DNA of 64,000 nt from Porticoccus sp. (GCA_033791605.1 JASJGJ010000012.1:8400-72399); one strand, 5' to 3'. Positions 50,966-61,630 are shown, numbered from the stretch's first letter. Program-made: numbers and translations. The notes: generated from the sequence alone by a model not told the origin.

Positions 50966-51642
50966 AGCGCTATTTTGACCACTGTGTTCATTTTGTCGAT
51001 GGCGGTTCGCAGCAAATTCCTGTGGGAAAAGTGATTTGTGTGGGCCTTAATTATAGCGATCATGTTGCTGAAATGGGCAGTCAGCGTGCCGATGAGCCCG
51101 TGATTTTTCTTAAGCCGGCCAGCGCCTTAGTGCCTTTAGAAGAACCTGTAGCTATTCCCTTGGCATTTGGTGCTTGTCACTACGAGGCAGAGATGTCCGT
51201 TTTAATTGGCGAGCAACTGACAGACTGTAATGAAGAACAAGCTGCAGGCGCCATTATTGGTGTTGGTGTAGCTTTGGATCTGACTCTCCGTGATTTGCAG
51301 TCCCAGTTTAAACAAAAGGGACACCCATGGGATAAAGCCAAAGGCTTTGATGGTGCTTGTCCGGCCTCGGCTTTTGTGGATCGATCTCAGGTGGCTGACT
51401 TGCAAAGTTTGGAGCTGCGCTTAACGATCAATGGTAAGGTCAAGCAGGCGTCAAACACTCGCCAGATGATCACCCCAGTATTACCGTTAATCACCTATAT
51501 TTCCCAATACTTTACATTAATGCCTGGAGATATTGTGCTGACGGGTACCCCTGCGGGCGTTGGGCCGCTATGCTCGGGTGATACTCTCACCGTCGAGTTA
51601 GTTGATGTGATTTCAGTGAATACTTGCGTCGTTGCCAGGTAA
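50962..51642 (+). CDS. Fumarylacetoacetate hydrolase family protein
   Basis: 226 aa. VICVGLNYSDH, E..E..D metal-site pattern, C-terminal GDIVLTGTPAGVG. Confidence 0.85.
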   Translation: MKRYFDHCVHFVDGGSQQIPVGKVICVGLNYSDHVAEMGSQRADEPVIFLKPASALVPLEEPVAIPLAFGACHYEAEMSVLIGEQLTDCNEEQAAGAIIGVGVALDLTLRDLQSQFKQKGHPWDKAKGFDGACPASAFVDRSQVADLQSLELRLTINGKVKQASNTRQMITPVLPLITYISQYFTLMPGDIVLTGTPAGVGPLCSGDTLTVELVDVISVNTCVVAR

Positions 51643-51679
51643 TGGTGACTGCAAGGTCAGTGTAGTGACAGGGTAGACG

Positions 51680-52123
51680 TTAGGTCTTGCGTTTACCTAC
51701 CATCACAATAATAAAACTGATCGCCTCATCACCGTTCTGATTAAAACCTCTGTACTGAATTTTCATGATGCCTCTGTCGGGTTTAGAGTGAGAGGGTTTG
51801 ATTGACAGTATTTCTGCTTCAGGGTAAATCGTATCGCCAGGGCGTACGGGCAATAAAAATTTCACCTCTTCAATACCTGGGCCGCCCATACTGACAGTAT
51901 TAAAAACGCCGGATTGCACCATTCGGCAAAAGCATAGGGTTAAGGTTTGAAAGCCGCTACTAATAAGTCCGCCATAGGGGCCACTTTTTGCGGCCTCTAT
52001 CTCTGTATGAAAAGGTTGTGGATCATACCGCAGAGCAAAATCCACTATTTCTGTTTCATTCAGGGTGAAACTCTCGGCTTTAAATAATTCCCCGAGATTA
52101 AAATCATCTAGATAGCGGCTCAT
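51680..52123 (-). CDS. MaoC-like (hot-dog fold) dehydratase
   Basis: 147 aa from ATG 52123, which has an AGGAA SD. FALRYDPQPFHTE and a hot-dog C-terminal region. Confidence 0.8.
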   Translation of the reverse strand: MSRYLDDFNLGELFKAESFTLNETEIVDFALRYDPQPFHTEIEAAKSGPYGGLISSGFQTLTLCFCRMVQSGVFNTVSMGGPGIEEVKFLLPVRPGDTIYPEAEILSIKPSHSKPDRGIMKIQYRGFNQNGDEAISFIIVMVGKRKT

Positions 52124-52194
52124 ATGGATATTCCTGTTATTCTCCTGAACATCAACCACGATGGTATCAAAACTAAAAGAGGCGTTAACGATTA

Positions 52195-52407
52195 ATGATC
52201 AAAAAAGGAATTTATAAACACTTCAAGGGCGATTTATATGAGGTGTCTGATATTGCTCGCCATAGCGAAACAGAAGAAGAGTATGTGGTTTACCGTACTC
52301 TCTATGGTGATCGCAGCCTTTGGGTTCGGCCACTTTTGATGTTTGATGAAACTATTGAGCGTGATGGTAAAACCTTTAAACGCTTCGAGTTTGTATCTGC
52401 TGACTGA
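52195..52407 (+). CDS. DUF1653 protein
   Basis: 70 aa. GIYKHFKGDLYEV...EEEYVVYRTLYGD matches the DUF1653 signature. Confidence 0.8.
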   Translation: MIKKGIYKHFKGDLYEVSDIARHSETEEEYVVYRTLYGDRSLWVRPLLMFDETIERDGKTFKRFEFVSAD

Positions 52408-52471
52408 ATGCCAGCTGGGAAGGAGCAGGCGGGTAGGGCTCATGGTAGCGATAGCGGGGTTTTTGGGCAGG

Positions 52472-52753
52472 TTATTGCATTCTCAGCACGGGGCTACGAC
52501 CGCAATCCTGGCGATTGATAAGCTCGTTAGTAATCGCATCGGTAAACGCTAAGTCCATATATCGATCGGATGCTTCACATTGGCGGAGAATGCTCCATAG
52601 TTTACTGCTGGAGAGCATATCTACACGGGTATCAATCCAGTGGTATACCTGCTCACCCGAGTCATCCATTTCGACATAAAAATTATTGGCTTGTTGTTCC
52701 ATCAGCACGTTAACAAAGGTGTTATTTTTTATTGCTTCATTTTCTTGTGTCAT
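52472..52753 (-). CDS. Hypothetical protein
   Basis: 93-aa ORF, acidic, with no family I recognise. Convergent with the DUF1653 gene. Coding status is unproven. Confidence 0.4.
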   Translation of the reverse strand: MTQENEAIKNNTFVNVLMEQQANNFYVEMDDSGEQVYHWIDTRVDMLSSSKLWSILRQCEASDRYMDLAFTDAITNELINRQDCGRSPVLRMQ

Positions 52754-52979
52754 AACTTGTCTCTTTTTTCGTCTTTTTTTGTCATGTGGTTACGATACTG
52801 TGGAAATATTTCATCCCGATGGTGGTTTTATGACAAAACAATGACATTTGGTTGCCATGACATCAGCCGGAAGCTGACGAGCCGGCATCACCATCTGGAC
52901 ATTTGACTTGTCAGCCATCAAAGTACGCATCGCTTTTAAGAACAATCAATTTTTAACAATGGGAATTTAGGGTTAGTCG

Positions 52980-54167
52980 ATGTCTTCAATTCTGTTCGAA
53001 AAAAAACATGCCGATGTAAACAGCTTTAGAGTGCGTCTGGCCGCCATATTAATCTGCGTCTGTTCCATGATGTATTTCATCAACATGCCATTGATGTTGG
53101 GTCTAGCAGTAAAAGATCTCGGTCTTGTGCAGTCACAGGTTTGGCTGCTTGGCGGAGTTTTTTTGGGTGGCGTAGGTTTGGCGACAGCACTTTCTATTTT
53201 ATTTATTCGTATTGCCCATTGGCAGCGACTGATCTTTATTAGTGGGTTTATGAGCCTGTTGGCTTTTTTGCTGCCTGTTTTTGTTTCGGGTTTTACTGTC
53301 CTATTGATCTGCCAGGCCTTGGCGGGTTTCTTCGTTGGGCTTGGTTATGCCGTAGCCATTGCCTGCTTGGGTGACACCAGAAATCTCACACGGAACTATG
53401 CACTGGCACTTACTGCTCAAACTGCTACCGTTGGCATTGTGAGCTACCTGTTACCTCAGCTGATTGTCAGGGGGACGACCTTTCATGAAGCATTAATGGC
53501 CGTGTCAGCATTGTCGTTTATTACTCTCTTGCTCGGTACGATGATGCCGAGAAATGGTAAACGTGCCAGTCTGAAAAATGCTATGACGGAGCAAAACCCT
53601 ACCGCTGTTTTTATCATACTGTTAATACTGCTATTGGTGTTTGTGGGAGGTAGTACCGTACGTAATGCTATAGAACCGATAGCTTCCCGCCTTGATTTTG
53701 CCGCGACAGAAGGCGGTGGCGTGATGATAATTTTGATATTTGCCAGTGGGCTGGGTTCTTTGCTTGCGGCATTGATGGCCACTCGTTCCAGTTATACCAA
53801 ACCTATAGTGATCTCCTTGGGCATTGCCGTGACAGTATTGGTGATGGGCGTTTTCCAGCTTTGGCCAGAGCAAATAAGCCTGATCTTTGCCTTTTGTCTT
53901 GTGGGGGGTGCCTGGAACTTTGCTGCTGCCTACGGCATGGGGTTAACCGCCAAATTGGATAGCGGTAGTGGTAAGTACACGCCATTAATCGCCACCATGC
54001 AGATTCTCGGTAACGTTGCCGGTATTGCTGCTGTGGGATCACTGGTGGTGGGAGGCAGTTATGTCTTACCTTACATACTGACCTGTATTGTCTGGATTCT
54101 GGCATTAGTGATTGTTATTCCAGTGGTAAAACGCAACCAGAAGCTCATCACGGCAAACAATGATTAA
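52980..54167 (+). CDS. MFS transporter
   Basis: 395 aa, about 12 TM segments. Confidence 0.8.
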   Translation: MSSILFEKKHADVNSFRVRLAAILICVCSMMYFINMPLMLGLAVKDLGLVQSQVWLLGGVFLGGVGLATALSILFIRIAHWQRLIFISGFMSLLAFLLPVFVSGFTVLLICQALAGFFVGLGYAVAIACLGDTRNLTRNYALALTAQTATVGIVSYLLPQLIVRGTTFHEALMAVSALSFITLLLGTMMPRNGKRASLKNAMTEQNPTAVFIILLILLLVFVGGSTVRNAIEPIASRLDFAATEGGGVMIILIFASGLGSLLAALMATRSSYTKPIVISLGIAVTVLVMGVFQLWPEQISLIFAFCLVGGAWNFAAAYGMGLTAKLDSGSGKYTPLIATMQILGNVAGIAAVGSLVVGGSYVLPYILTCIVWILALVIVIPVVKRNQKLITANND

Positions 54168-54225
54168 ACGAGTAAGTAAATAACGATCAATAGAAAAAGG
54201 ATTAACTTCTGTGAGCGGTGGGAAT

Positions 54226-55275
54226 ATGGACGAGCCAGATGGGAATAGAGCGATTGATGATGCCTCTTCGGCTAAAGATCCCGCGGCGATAGATCCAATC
54301 ACGCATCCCTTTGATACCCTTACGCCAGATTTTATTCTGGATGCAATGGAGAGTCAGGGGCATATCAGCGATGGGCGGCTCTTCCCCCTAAACAGCTACG
54401 AAAATCGGGTCTACCAAATTGGTATCGAAGATCAAACGCCGATTATCGGTAAGTTCTATCGGCCTAATCGCTGGAGTACCGAGCAAATTCTTGAAGAACA
54501 CAAGTTTTGTTTTGAGCTGGCAGAACAAGAGTTGCCGGTGGTAGCCCCCATGGTGAATGAGGCGGGTCAGAGCCTGTTTGAATACAAAGGCTTTCAGTAT
54601 GCACTATTCCCTCGCAAGGGTGGACACGGCCCAGAGCTGGATAACCTCGATAATCTGTATCTGCTGGGCAAGCTGTTAGGGAGAATACATGCCGTCGGTG
54701 CGGTAAACCCTTTCAAATATCGCCCTACACTGGACAGTCAGACCTTTGGGCACGAAGCCTCTACGCTGATTAGTGAACAATTTATTCCGCAAGAATTAAA
54801 AGCTTCCTACGACTCTCTAGTACATGATGTCATGCAGGCCGTGGATGAAAATATTGCCAATACCGGCGCAGTTGAACATATTCGTGTCCACGGTGATTGC
54901 CACTCCGGCAATATTTTGTGGCGGGACGACAATGCGCATTTTGTGGATTTGGATGATGCCCGTATGGCACCTGCAGTGCAGGATATTTGGATGCTGCTCT
55001 CGGGGCAAAGAGACCGCCAAACAGCGCAGCTGTCGGAAATTGTTGATGGTTATAACGAATTCTTTGATTTTAATCCGCGAGAGCTTCGCTTGATTGAAGC
55101 TCTGCGCACATTAAGAATGATTCACTACGCCGCATGGATAGCCAAACGCTGGCAAGACCCCGCATTTCCCATGGCCTTTCCTTGGTTCAACACCGTTCGC
55201 TATTGGAGCGAACATATCCTTGAGCTGCGCGAGCAGTTTGCCGCATTGAATGAGCCGCCATTGGCGGTGATGTGA
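54226..55275 (+). CDS. srkA: Stress response serine/threonine kinase SrkA (YihE/RdoA family)
   Basis: LNSYENRVYQ, HGDCHSGNILW catalytic loop, DLDD. ATG 54226 lies inside the track ORF that starts at GTG 54211. Confidence 0.85.
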   Translation: MDEPDGNRAIDDASSAKDPAAIDPITHPFDTLTPDFILDAMESQGHISDGRLFPLNSYENRVYQIGIEDQTPIIGKFYRPNRWSTEQILEEHKFCFELAEQELPVVAPMVNEAGQSLFEYKGFQYALFPRKGGHGPELDNLDNLYLLGKLLGRIHAVGAVNPFKYRPTLDSQTFGHEASTLISEQFIPQELKASYDSLVHDVMQAVDENIANTGAVEHIRVHGDCHSGNILWRDDNAHFVDLDDARMAPAVQDIWMLLSGQRDRQTAQLSEIVDGYNEFFDFNPRELRLIEALRTLRMIHYAAWIAKRWQDPAFPMAFPWFNTVRYWSEHILELREQFAALNEPPLAVM

Positions 55276-55315
55276 CCGTGTCATTTTTAGTGAAGTTGTT
55301 TCGTGAAGTAAAATT

Positions 55316-55346
55316 AGGGTCAAAGTAAAACTAAAATTTTGACCCT
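55316..55346. terminator. Hairpin terminator between the convergent srkA and rpiA
   Basis: AGGGTCAAA-13 nt-TTTGACCCT with A/T-rich flanks on both sides. Confidence 0.55.
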
Positions 55347-55382
55347 ATTTAAAGAAATAAAAAAAGGAATTTTTTTCGTTCG

Positions 55383-56084
55383 TTATTTCTCTGGATAAAT
55401 CGTCTTAACCCCATCTTTCGTGCCGAGCATTAAAACATCCGCCGGTCTTAAGGCAAACAATCCGTTTGTCACCACACCGGTAATATTATTTATTTTCTCT
55501 TCTAACTCTCGTGCTGGGCTAATAGGGTGCAGGTGATGAACATCAATAATCACGTTGCCGTTATCGGTGATCACACCTTCGCGATAAACTGGGTCGCCAC
55601 CGAGTTTGACTAACTCTCTTGCCACGTGGCTGCGGGCCATAGGGATCACTTCAACAGGTAAGGGAAATTCCCCCAAGTGATCGACCCATTTAGAGCCATC
55701 GGCAATACATAAAAATTCTTTGGCAACGGCTGCGGTAATTTTTTCCCGCGTCAGTGCGGCACCGCCCCCTTTAATTAATTCCAGGTGTGGGTTTGTTTCG
55801 TCGGCACCGTCCACATAAATGGTGACTTCATTGACGGCGTTTAAATCGTAGACGGGAAGACCATGTTGCTTTAATCGGTCTGCTGAGGCCTCTGAGCTGG
55901 CAACGGTTCCAGCAATTTTCGCTTTGTGCTCGGCGAGCAGGTCGATAAAAAAGTTGGCCGTTGAGCCTGTGCCGATACCGATGATGCTGGTGTCATCTAT
56001 TTTGCTCAGGGTGTAATCCACCGCAGCTTGGGCGACCGCTTTTTTTAGGGCATCTTGGGGGTTTAGTTTCGTATTTGATGTCAT
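55383..56084 (-). CDS. rpiA: Ribose-5-phosphate isomerase A
   Basis: [13 protein letters not shown] and DGADE motifs. 233 aa. Confidence 0.95.
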   Translation of the reverse strand: MTSNTKLNPQDALKKAVAQAAVDYTLSKIDDTSIIGIGTGSTANFFIDLLAEHKAKIAGTVASSEASADRLKQHGLPVYDLNAVNEVTIYVDGADETNPHLELIKGGGAALTREKITAAVAKEFLCIADGSKWVDHLGEFPLPVEVIPMARSHVARELVKLGGDPVYREGVITDNGNVIIDVHHLHPISPARELEEKINNITGVVTNGLFALRPADVLMLGTKDGVKTIYPEK

Positions 56085-56241
56085 GGCAAGTCGCTGCTAT
56101 TCAAATAGTGGTGGATTCAGTGGATGATTATACGGATCAGTGCCTGAAAGGACAGATAATGTGGATCAGTACAGGCTTTGCCTTTACTATTGGTTTTTAT
56201 AGCCTTTAAAAAAGGCGTCTAACAAGAAGTGCACTAGACCT

Positions 56242-57753
56242 ATGCCCGAAAGCTACGTAAAACGCATCCTCAACGCTCGCATCTATGATTTGGTGGTGGA
56301 AACTCCCATTGATGAGGCAGCACAACTTTCTTCGCGCATTGGCAATCAGGTATTGCTGAAGCGGGAGGATTTACAGCCCGTATTTTCATTCAAACTGCGT
56401 GGTGCTTACAACAAGATGTTGTCGCTTAGTAATGAACAATTGGCCAAGGGTGTGGTGGCAGCTTCTGCGGGAAATCATGCACAGGGCTTGGCCATGTCGG
56501 CAAAAAAAATGGGCGTAAAAGCGACCATTGTGATGCCCAGTACGACACCTCAGATTAAAGTGAATGCTGTAAAAGCCCATGGTGCCAAAGTGGTATTGCG
56601 TGGTGATACCTATGATGAAGCTTCAGATTATGCTCAGAAGTTGGTAGTTGAAAAGGGTATGACGTATATCCACCCTTTTGATGATCCGGATGTTATCGCC
56701 GGACAAGGCACCATCGCCATGGAAATTTTACGGCAGGTTTCTGGTCCATTGGATGCGGTATTTATTCCTGTTGGCGGCGGTGGTTTGTGTGCCGGTATGG
56801 CGGCCTATATCAAATACGTTCGCCCCGAGGTGAAGGTTATTGCTGTGGAGCCAGATGATGCGGCTTGTTTGGCTGCAGCCATGGAAGCTGGACGTCGGGT
56901 ACGTTTGAAGCAAGTGGGTATTTTTGCGGATGGCACGGCGGTGGCTCAAATTGGTAAGGAGCCATTTAGGGTGCTGAAACATACCGTGGACGAAGTGGTA
57001 ACGGTTTCGGCGGATGAAATCAGCGCTGCCATTAAAGATATTTTTGATGACACTCGTTCTATCTGTGAGCCATCGGGTGCACTGGGTGTGGCTGGGTTGA
57101 AAAAATACGTAGAGCGTTCTGGCGTAAAGGGGCAGGTGTTATTGGCGGTGGATAGTGGTGCCAATATCAACTTTGATCGACTTCGTTATATTTCTGAGCG
57201 TACCGAAATTGGTGAGCGGCGTGAAGCAATTCTGGCTGTTACAATTCCTGAACAGCCCGGCAGCTTTAAAAAATTCTGTGCCGCCTTGAGTAAGCGTAAT
57301 ATCACCGAATTTAATTACCGCATGGGAGACCCTTCCCAGGCGCATATTTTTGTGGGCGTTCAAGTAATGTCCGATGAAGATCGTTTTGCGTTGGTCTCTG
57401 ACCTTCAGGGTAAGGGGTATCCCTTGGTGGATATGACCGATAATGAAATTGCCAAGCTGCATATTCGCCATATGGTGGGCGGGCGTGCCGAGGAAGCAAC
57501 CGATGAAGTGGTTTACCGGTTCGAGTTCCCCGAACGTCCGGGCGCATTAATGCAGTTCTTGAACAAGCTGGGTGGCCGCTGGAATATCTCCATGTTCCAT
57601 TACCGTAACCATGGTTCTGCCTATGGCCGAGTTCTGGCTGGTTTACAGGTACCGGTTAGTGAGCACAAAAAGGTGGCGGAGTTTCTCGATGACCTAGGTT
57701 ATAGCTGGGTTGAGGAAACGGACAATCCTGCCTATCAGGTTTTTTTAAACTGA
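56242..57753 (+). CDS. ilvA: Biosynthetic threonine ammonia-lyase
   Basis: PLP-lysine motif SFKLRGA. 503 aa with two C-terminal ACT-like regulatory repeats. Confidence 0.95.
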   Translation: MPESYVKRILNARIYDLVVETPIDEAAQLSSRIGNQVLLKREDLQPVFSFKLRGAYNKMLSLSNEQLAKGVVAASAGNHAQGLAMSAKKMGVKATIVMPSTTPQIKVNAVKAHGAKVVLRGDTYDEASDYAQKLVVEKGMTYIHPFDDPDVIAGQGTIAMEILRQVSGPLDAVFIPVGGGGLCAGMAAYIKYVRPEVKVIAVEPDDAACLAAAMEAGRRVRLKQVGIFADGTAVAQIGKEPFRVLKHTVDEVVTVSADEISAAIKDIFDDTRSICEPSGALGVAGLKKYVERSGVKGQVLLAVDSGANINFDRLRYISERTEIGERREAILAVTIPEQPGSFKKFCAALSKRNITEFNYRMGDPSQAHIFVGVQVMSDEDRFALVSDLQGKGYPLVDMTDNEIAKLHIRHMVGGRAEEATDEVVYRFEFPERPGALMQFLNKLGGRWNISMFHYRNHGSAYGRVLAGLQVPVSEHKKVAEFLDDLGYSWVEETDNPAYQVFLN

Positions 57754-57781
57754 TGTTCTGAGAAGCGGTTTGCGAGAAATA

Positions 57782-59284
57782 TCAGGGGTTTTCTTGAAGG
57801 GGTCTCTCTAGCTTCAAATGTCGTCGCATAAGGCCATGGATATAGCGTTGGTCGATAGTAATTGGTACATCGTCTAATCCTGGGCCTTCCATAAAAGCCG
57901 GAACATTGGTGCCTGTGTGCATTTCCCAAAGACCTTGTGGTGATGCATTGGTGGCGTAACTGATGCCCATCAATTCTCCCGACAAGGTTTTCAGCACGGC
58001 ATAGTAACCTGTTGGATATTGGGGCATGTGCATGGCTTCGCTCGCTATTTGATAGCTTTCTGGCAGTGGAATTATCTGCCCCGCTTGGCCATGGTCTGCT
58101 GTCACGATCACCAGGGTGTTTGGATGTTTCGCGGCAAACTCTCTTCCTTTCGCGACGGCTTGATCAAATGCGCGAAGCTCGCCTATCTGGCCACAGGGAT
58201 TTCTTGCATGTGATTGTTTGTCGATGGAGGCGCCTTCGACCATTAGAAAAAACCCCTTGGTATTATTTTTTGATAATACACTCAACGCTTTTTTGGTCAT
58301 CTGGGTTAAAGAGGGGGTTTGCTGTTCAGCATGGAGAGGGTTTGGTTGGCATCCAAATGGTGTGGGGAAAACCGCACCACCTTCGTCATTTGTCGTGATG
58401 AGCTCGGCATGGCGATTATCATCACCCACCCATTCTACTGGGAGGTTTTTTGAAGAAAATAACCCCAGTAATAATTTATCGCTACCAGATTCTGCCAGTA
58501 AATCTGCTGTGTTTTCCAGTAAGGTGTAACCTTGGCTTCGAGTTGTTTTCAGTAGTGCTTTTCCCCCTACACGTTGATCAAAAAAATGTCTTCCACCCCC
58601 CAGCAACACATCGACATTGGCTGTGGCCAGTTGCTCGGCAATGGAGCCAACACCACCCTGCGCTTTTTGATTGTGGGTACATTGCTGGGTTGGCGGTATG
58701 AACGGGTATTCGGTCTTCATATTCTTGGGGCTTTTACAGCCGCGATGAGGTGAATGAGAGGCAAAGGCTGCGGGTGTAGCATCTGTGAGGCTGGCAGTGG
58801 AGACTAGCCCAGTTCTATAGCCATTCTGTTGTGCTTCTTCAAGGATAGTTTTGTGTGCCTTGTTTGATACCGCTGCAGTAGCAATACGTCCCTTGCTGGT
58901 GAGCATCCCGGTAGCCAGTGTGCTGGCCGTGTTGGCACTATCTGCTACATGTAGATACTGTTTTGGGTTGTCTTCACGGAGAGTTTGTATCCGGACTGAA
59001 CTGAGAACAGGCATTTTTTCCATGGCAAATGATTCTGTGGGACCGTAGAGGTAATTCCTAGCCATAGTAATTTGATGTTCATCCATGCCATCGCCAATAA
59101 ATAAAATGACATTGGCGATGGATTGACGATCAGTGAGCGGCGGCCCCGGCCTAGCTTGGCTAGGCAGCGGTGAAATTAATAAGACGAGAGTAGAGAGAGC
59201 TGCAAGGGAAGCCAATAAAGGGGTAAATATCTGGTGGGCAGCAAGCAGGTTATCGGTAATGCTTTTATAAATAACCTTACTCAT
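57782..59284 (-). CDS. Alkaline phosphatase (PhoA family)
   Basis: N-terminal signal/anchor, GDGMD, active-site Ser context DSANTAS, and C-terminal metal ligands (TADHG, HTGTNVP). Confidence 0.85.
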   Translation of the reverse strand: MSKVIYKSITDNLLAAHQIFTPLLASLAALSTLVLLISPLPSQARPGPPLTDRQSIANVILFIGDGMDEHQITMARNYLYGPTESFAMEKMPVLSSVRIQTLREDNPKQYLHVADSANTASTLATGMLTSKGRIATAAVSNKAHKTILEEAQQNGYRTGLVSTASLTDATPAAFASHSPHRGCKSPKNMKTEYPFIPPTQQCTHNQKAQGGVGSIAEQLATANVDVLLGGGRHFFDQRVGGKALLKTTRSQGYTLLENTADLLAESGSDKLLLGLFSSKNLPVEWVGDDNRHAELITTNDEGGAVFPTPFGCQPNPLHAEQQTPSLTQMTKKALSVLSKNNTKGFFLMVEGASIDKQSHARNPCGQIGELRAFDQAVAKGREFAAKHPNTLVIVTADHGQAGQIIPLPESYQIASEAMHMPQYPTGYYAVLKTLSGELMGISYATNASPQGLWEMHTGTNVPAFMEGPGLDDVPITIDQRYIHGLMRRHLKLERPLQENP

Positions 59285-59307
59285 GTCTCGTTGCCCACGT
59301 CCCAGTG

Positions 59308-60732
59308 TTATTCAGTGTCTACTTTTAACAGATCACCGAGTAGTCGAATCTGGATAGCGTCAATACCGGAACCTGCCAAAGCATCAGAGATAACAACTAA
59401 ACGGTCTTCTGGAGAAAACTCTGATCGTTCGATCATAATTTTGGCTGCAGTGGCGAGCGTTTTTTCCGGATCTTCACTAAAGTTGATGCGGAAGCTCAAT
59501 ACATTGCGGTTGAGCACCAGCTGGCGACGGGTTCGGCTGTCATTAGTGAAGGCGCAAATAATCGGTGCTTGGGGGTGACAGTTGGTGACGTAGTTGGCCA
59601 TTCGGCCACGTCGGGTCGGAACAATAATGGCTTTGGCATTAATTGATTCAGCCAGCTTTACTGCAGCGGCAGCAATTTCTTCCTTATCATTTTTCAGTAT
59701 CAAGTCCTTGGTAAATTGCAGGCCGGGGCTGTGCTCGATAGAGCCGGCAATACGGGACAGTATCTCTACGCACTTGACGGGATATTTGCCAATGGTAGTT
59801 TCACCCGACAACATAATGGCATCGGCTTCTTCATAAACAGCATTGGCTACGTCGGTTACTTCTGCTCGAGTGGGAATCGGGTTTTCAATCATGGATTCCA
59901 GCATGTGAGTGGCAACAATGACCCGCTTCCCTTGCTGAGCGCAAAGGCGAATAATTCGGCGTTGAACTCGGGGTAGTTTTTCGATGGCAATTTCTACGCC
60001 GAGATCACCCCGTGCCACCATGACGCCATCGGAGGCATCAACAATCGCACTGAGATTTTTAACGCCTTCCTGGTCTTCAATTTTAGAAATGATTTTGATT
60101 TTGTCGACTTTATCGCCCAACAGCTCACGTAGTTGATGGATATCTTCAGCATCCCGCACAAAGGAGAGGGCGATAAAGTCGACCTCTTGCTCTATGGAGA
60201 ATAAGATGTCGCGACGGTCTTTTTCGGTGATGGCGGGCAGGTTGACACGAATGCCTGGCAGGTTGACGTGGCGTTTGCTTTTGAGTACGCCTCCATCAAT
60301 TACCTTACATTGCATGATGCGCTCTTCTTTGCTTAGCACCTCTAGGTTGATCAGACCATTGTCCACGGTGATCATGTCGCCTATATTCACATCATTAATG
60401 AGGTCTTCGTAATTAATGCGAATTGAGCTGGATTCAACATCGTCCTCACCTCGGGCAACTACTGAGATGATGTCGCCTTCTTTTAAATTCAGATCATGTT
60501 TAATGTCACCCGTACGAATTTCTGGTCCTTGGGTGTCCATCATAATTGCGATGGGGTGAGCTTGCTTTTTGTTCAGTGTTCTTACTGCTTTGATCACCTT
60601 GGCGTGTGAATCATGGTCACCATGTGACATGTTCAGGCGCACAACATTCATTCCAGCATTGGCCAGTTTTTCTAGCATCTCAAATGATTCTGTAGCGGGG
60701 CCAATGGTACAGATAATCTTGGTTTTTCTCAT
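59308..60732 (-). CDS. pyk: Pyruvate kinase
   Basis: MRKTKIICTIGPAT, MVARGDLGVE. 474 aa. Confidence 0.95.
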   Translation of the reverse strand: MRKTKIICTIGPATESFEMLEKLANAGMNVVRLNMSHGDHDSHAKVIKAVRTLNKKQAHPIAIMMDTQGPEIRTGDIKHDLNLKEGDIISVVARGEDDVESSSIRINYEDLINDVNIGDMITVDNGLINLEVLSKEERIMQCKVIDGGVLKSKRHVNLPGIRVNLPAITEKDRRDILFSIEQEVDFIALSFVRDAEDIHQLRELLGDKVDKIKIISKIEDQEGVKNLSAIVDASDGVMVARGDLGVEIAIEKLPRVQRRIIRLCAQQGKRVIVATHMLESMIENPIPTRAEVTDVANAVYEEADAIMLSGETTIGKYPVKCVEILSRIAGSIEHSPGLQFTKDLILKNDKEEIAAAAVKLAESINAKAIIVPTRRGRMANYVTNCHPQAPIICAFTNDSRTRRQLVLNRNVLSFRINFSEDPEKTLATAAKIMIERSEFSPEDRLVVISDALAGSGIDAIQIRLLGDLLKVDTE

Positions 60733-60824
60733 GGCGGTGCTTCTTATGTAATAACGTGGATTATGTAAGTGGAGCTGTTTATGTTTAACAATCTAGGGTG
60801 TTTTACCGCGTAAACTGGACAGAT

Positions 60825-61397
60825 TTAACGAGGATAAATAACATTTTTCTCTGTCACAATGGCCTGTAGCACGACATCCCATGGCTGGTGGGCAATATTA
60901 TCAGTTTCCTGACAACTTTGGGCTAATCCAATGAGTCGAGTGAAGTGCTTTTGTGTTGCCAGCGTTCGATCATAGAAGCCTCCGCCCATGCCGAGTCTAT
61001 TACCACGACAATCAAAAGCGACTAAGGGTAATAGTATGAGGTCGAGGCCAAGGGGCGGGACAACTTTTGCTCCGCGAAGGTAGGGTTCTTCAATACCAAA
61101 TCGGTTGACGGACAGCGCGTCGTCGCTGCGGTATTGGGCAAAATACAACCGTTTTTGTTTTAGTGGATGGAGTACAGGTAGGTAGCATTCCTTTCCCGCA
61201 GCCTCTGCTATGCCCATAGCAAACTGTGGATCTATCTCTCCATCGTTAGCGAGGTAAAAAGCAATACGTTTACTGTTGTAAAAGGCGGGTAGTCTAGAGA
61301 GCTGTTGAGCAAGACCTCTACTGGCGGCGGTCTGTTGCGCTGAGGGCAGCGAGCGGCGGCGTTCACGCATTAATTGACGAATAGCGTTGCTGTCCAT
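60825..61397 (-). CDS. ygfA: 5-formyltetrahydrofolate cyclo-ligase
   Basis: 190 aa. GMGGGFYDR motif. Immediately downstream of 6S RNA, as in E. coli. Confidence 0.9.
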   Translation of the reverse strand: MDSNAIRQLMRERRRSLPSAQQTAASRGLAQQLSRLPAFYNSKRIAFYLANDGEIDPQFAMGIAEAAGKECYLPVLHPLKQKRLYFAQYRSDDALSVNRFGIEEPYLRGAKVVPPLGLDLILLPLVAFDCRGNRLGMGGGFYDRTLATQKHFTRLIGLAQSCQETDNIAHQPWDVVLQAIVTEKNVIYPR

Positions 61398-61425
61398 GGT
61401 GATCCAGCTTGTGTTCTTGTCTTTA

Positions 61426-61606
61426 GAATTATGTCCCCGGGAGTACCGCTGTCAACTTGGCCTTGAACCCAATGGTCCAAGGTGGGGGGTCCAGCGATAC
61501 ATTAGGCTTTCCGTCGTGCGGACATGCACACCATATCGGCTTGAACCCTCCGGGTTACAAATTATCGGCTCGAGGACTTGTCGGCTGGCAAATACCCCAG
61601 GGCATC
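61426..61606 (-). ncRNA. ssrS: 6S RNA
   Basis: Conserved zapA-ssrS-ygfA position. The minus-strand transcript contains GAGCCGAUAAU and CCUUGGACCAUUGGGUUCAAGG, comparable to E. coli 6S elements. The closing stem is CCCUGGGG/CUCCCGGGG. A TATAAT lies at 61617..61612. End positions are approximate, +/-5 nt. Confidence 0.8.
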
Positions 61607-61630
61607 AGAACATTATACCCTGTCTGAGAG

